Source of the DNA: Dicyema japonicum
Taxonomy: Eukaryota > Animalia > Dicyemida
Reading direction: 5' to 3'
DNA length: 64,000 nucleotides
Assembly (NCBI GenBank): GCA_011109175.1
Contig: RDEW01000012.1
Span: forward strand, 1,088,129-1,152,128
Both the position numbers and the translations under genes were made by a program. The notes beneath the pieces are model-generated. The model had not been told where the DNA came from and ran no database searches. It saw nothing but the letters and a program-made list of their open reading frames with translations. This document shows, piece after piece, positions 63,741 to 64,000 of the stretch (position 1 is the first letter of the stretch; each line of letters starts with the position of its first letter).

Positions 63741-64000
63741 TGGAGCATGTAGGTTACTTAATTATTTGTTTAAAACCTTAGACTACCAAAAAAGTATTAA
63801 CTCAATAATTTGGTGATCCCAGCCTCAAACATCTCTCGAATACTCTTCGAATTCTCCCAGCGATTTAACTGCACAACAGAAGTATTTTCTCTTATGTCTG
63901 CAGATAACTTCTATTGGATTCTATAAGTTTTTGGAAGCTAAAATTTTTCCACTTCAATCTAAGAATAATATATGAGGATGACCAGGATTTTGTTTTCTAG

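Overview
AT-rich (about one-third GC by eye) eukaryotic, TE-dense window from an animal-type genome with extremely short spliceosomal introns (19-26 nt). This suggests a dicyemid mesozoan; a myxozoan or other reduced parasite is the alternative (inference). Recognisable host genes: the C-terminal part of ROCK (18283-20966, minus; coiled coil, Rho-binding region, split PH/C1, 16 introns, no kinase exons found), an RNA Pol III subunit RPC6/POLR3F lacking a clear start (28224-29207, plus), and a decayed Nup98-like FG/GLEBS pseudogene (about 54910-56600). The rest is CRE, RTE and Ingi/Vingi-like non-LTR elements, Buster-type hAT and pogo/Tigger relics, and a Foldback-like element. Three observations stand out. 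(1) An Ingi/Vingi-like LINE whose 5' end carries a candidate HDV-like ribozyme fold followed by a 2A/StopGo peptide, plus a ~330-bp TSD-flanked non-autonomous partner (2 copies) that keeps the same fold with compensatory base changes and the LINE 3' stem-loop. (2) A 4.8-kb palindrome in which a hAT element is flanked by an inverted, not direct, target 8-mer and inverted ~1.37-kb LINE arms, sitting between two 5'-incomplete host genes. (3) The micro-intron architecture itself. Many frameshifts are single-base indels in homopolymers and are probably assembly errors. All translations and alignments were done by eye; no database searches were run.
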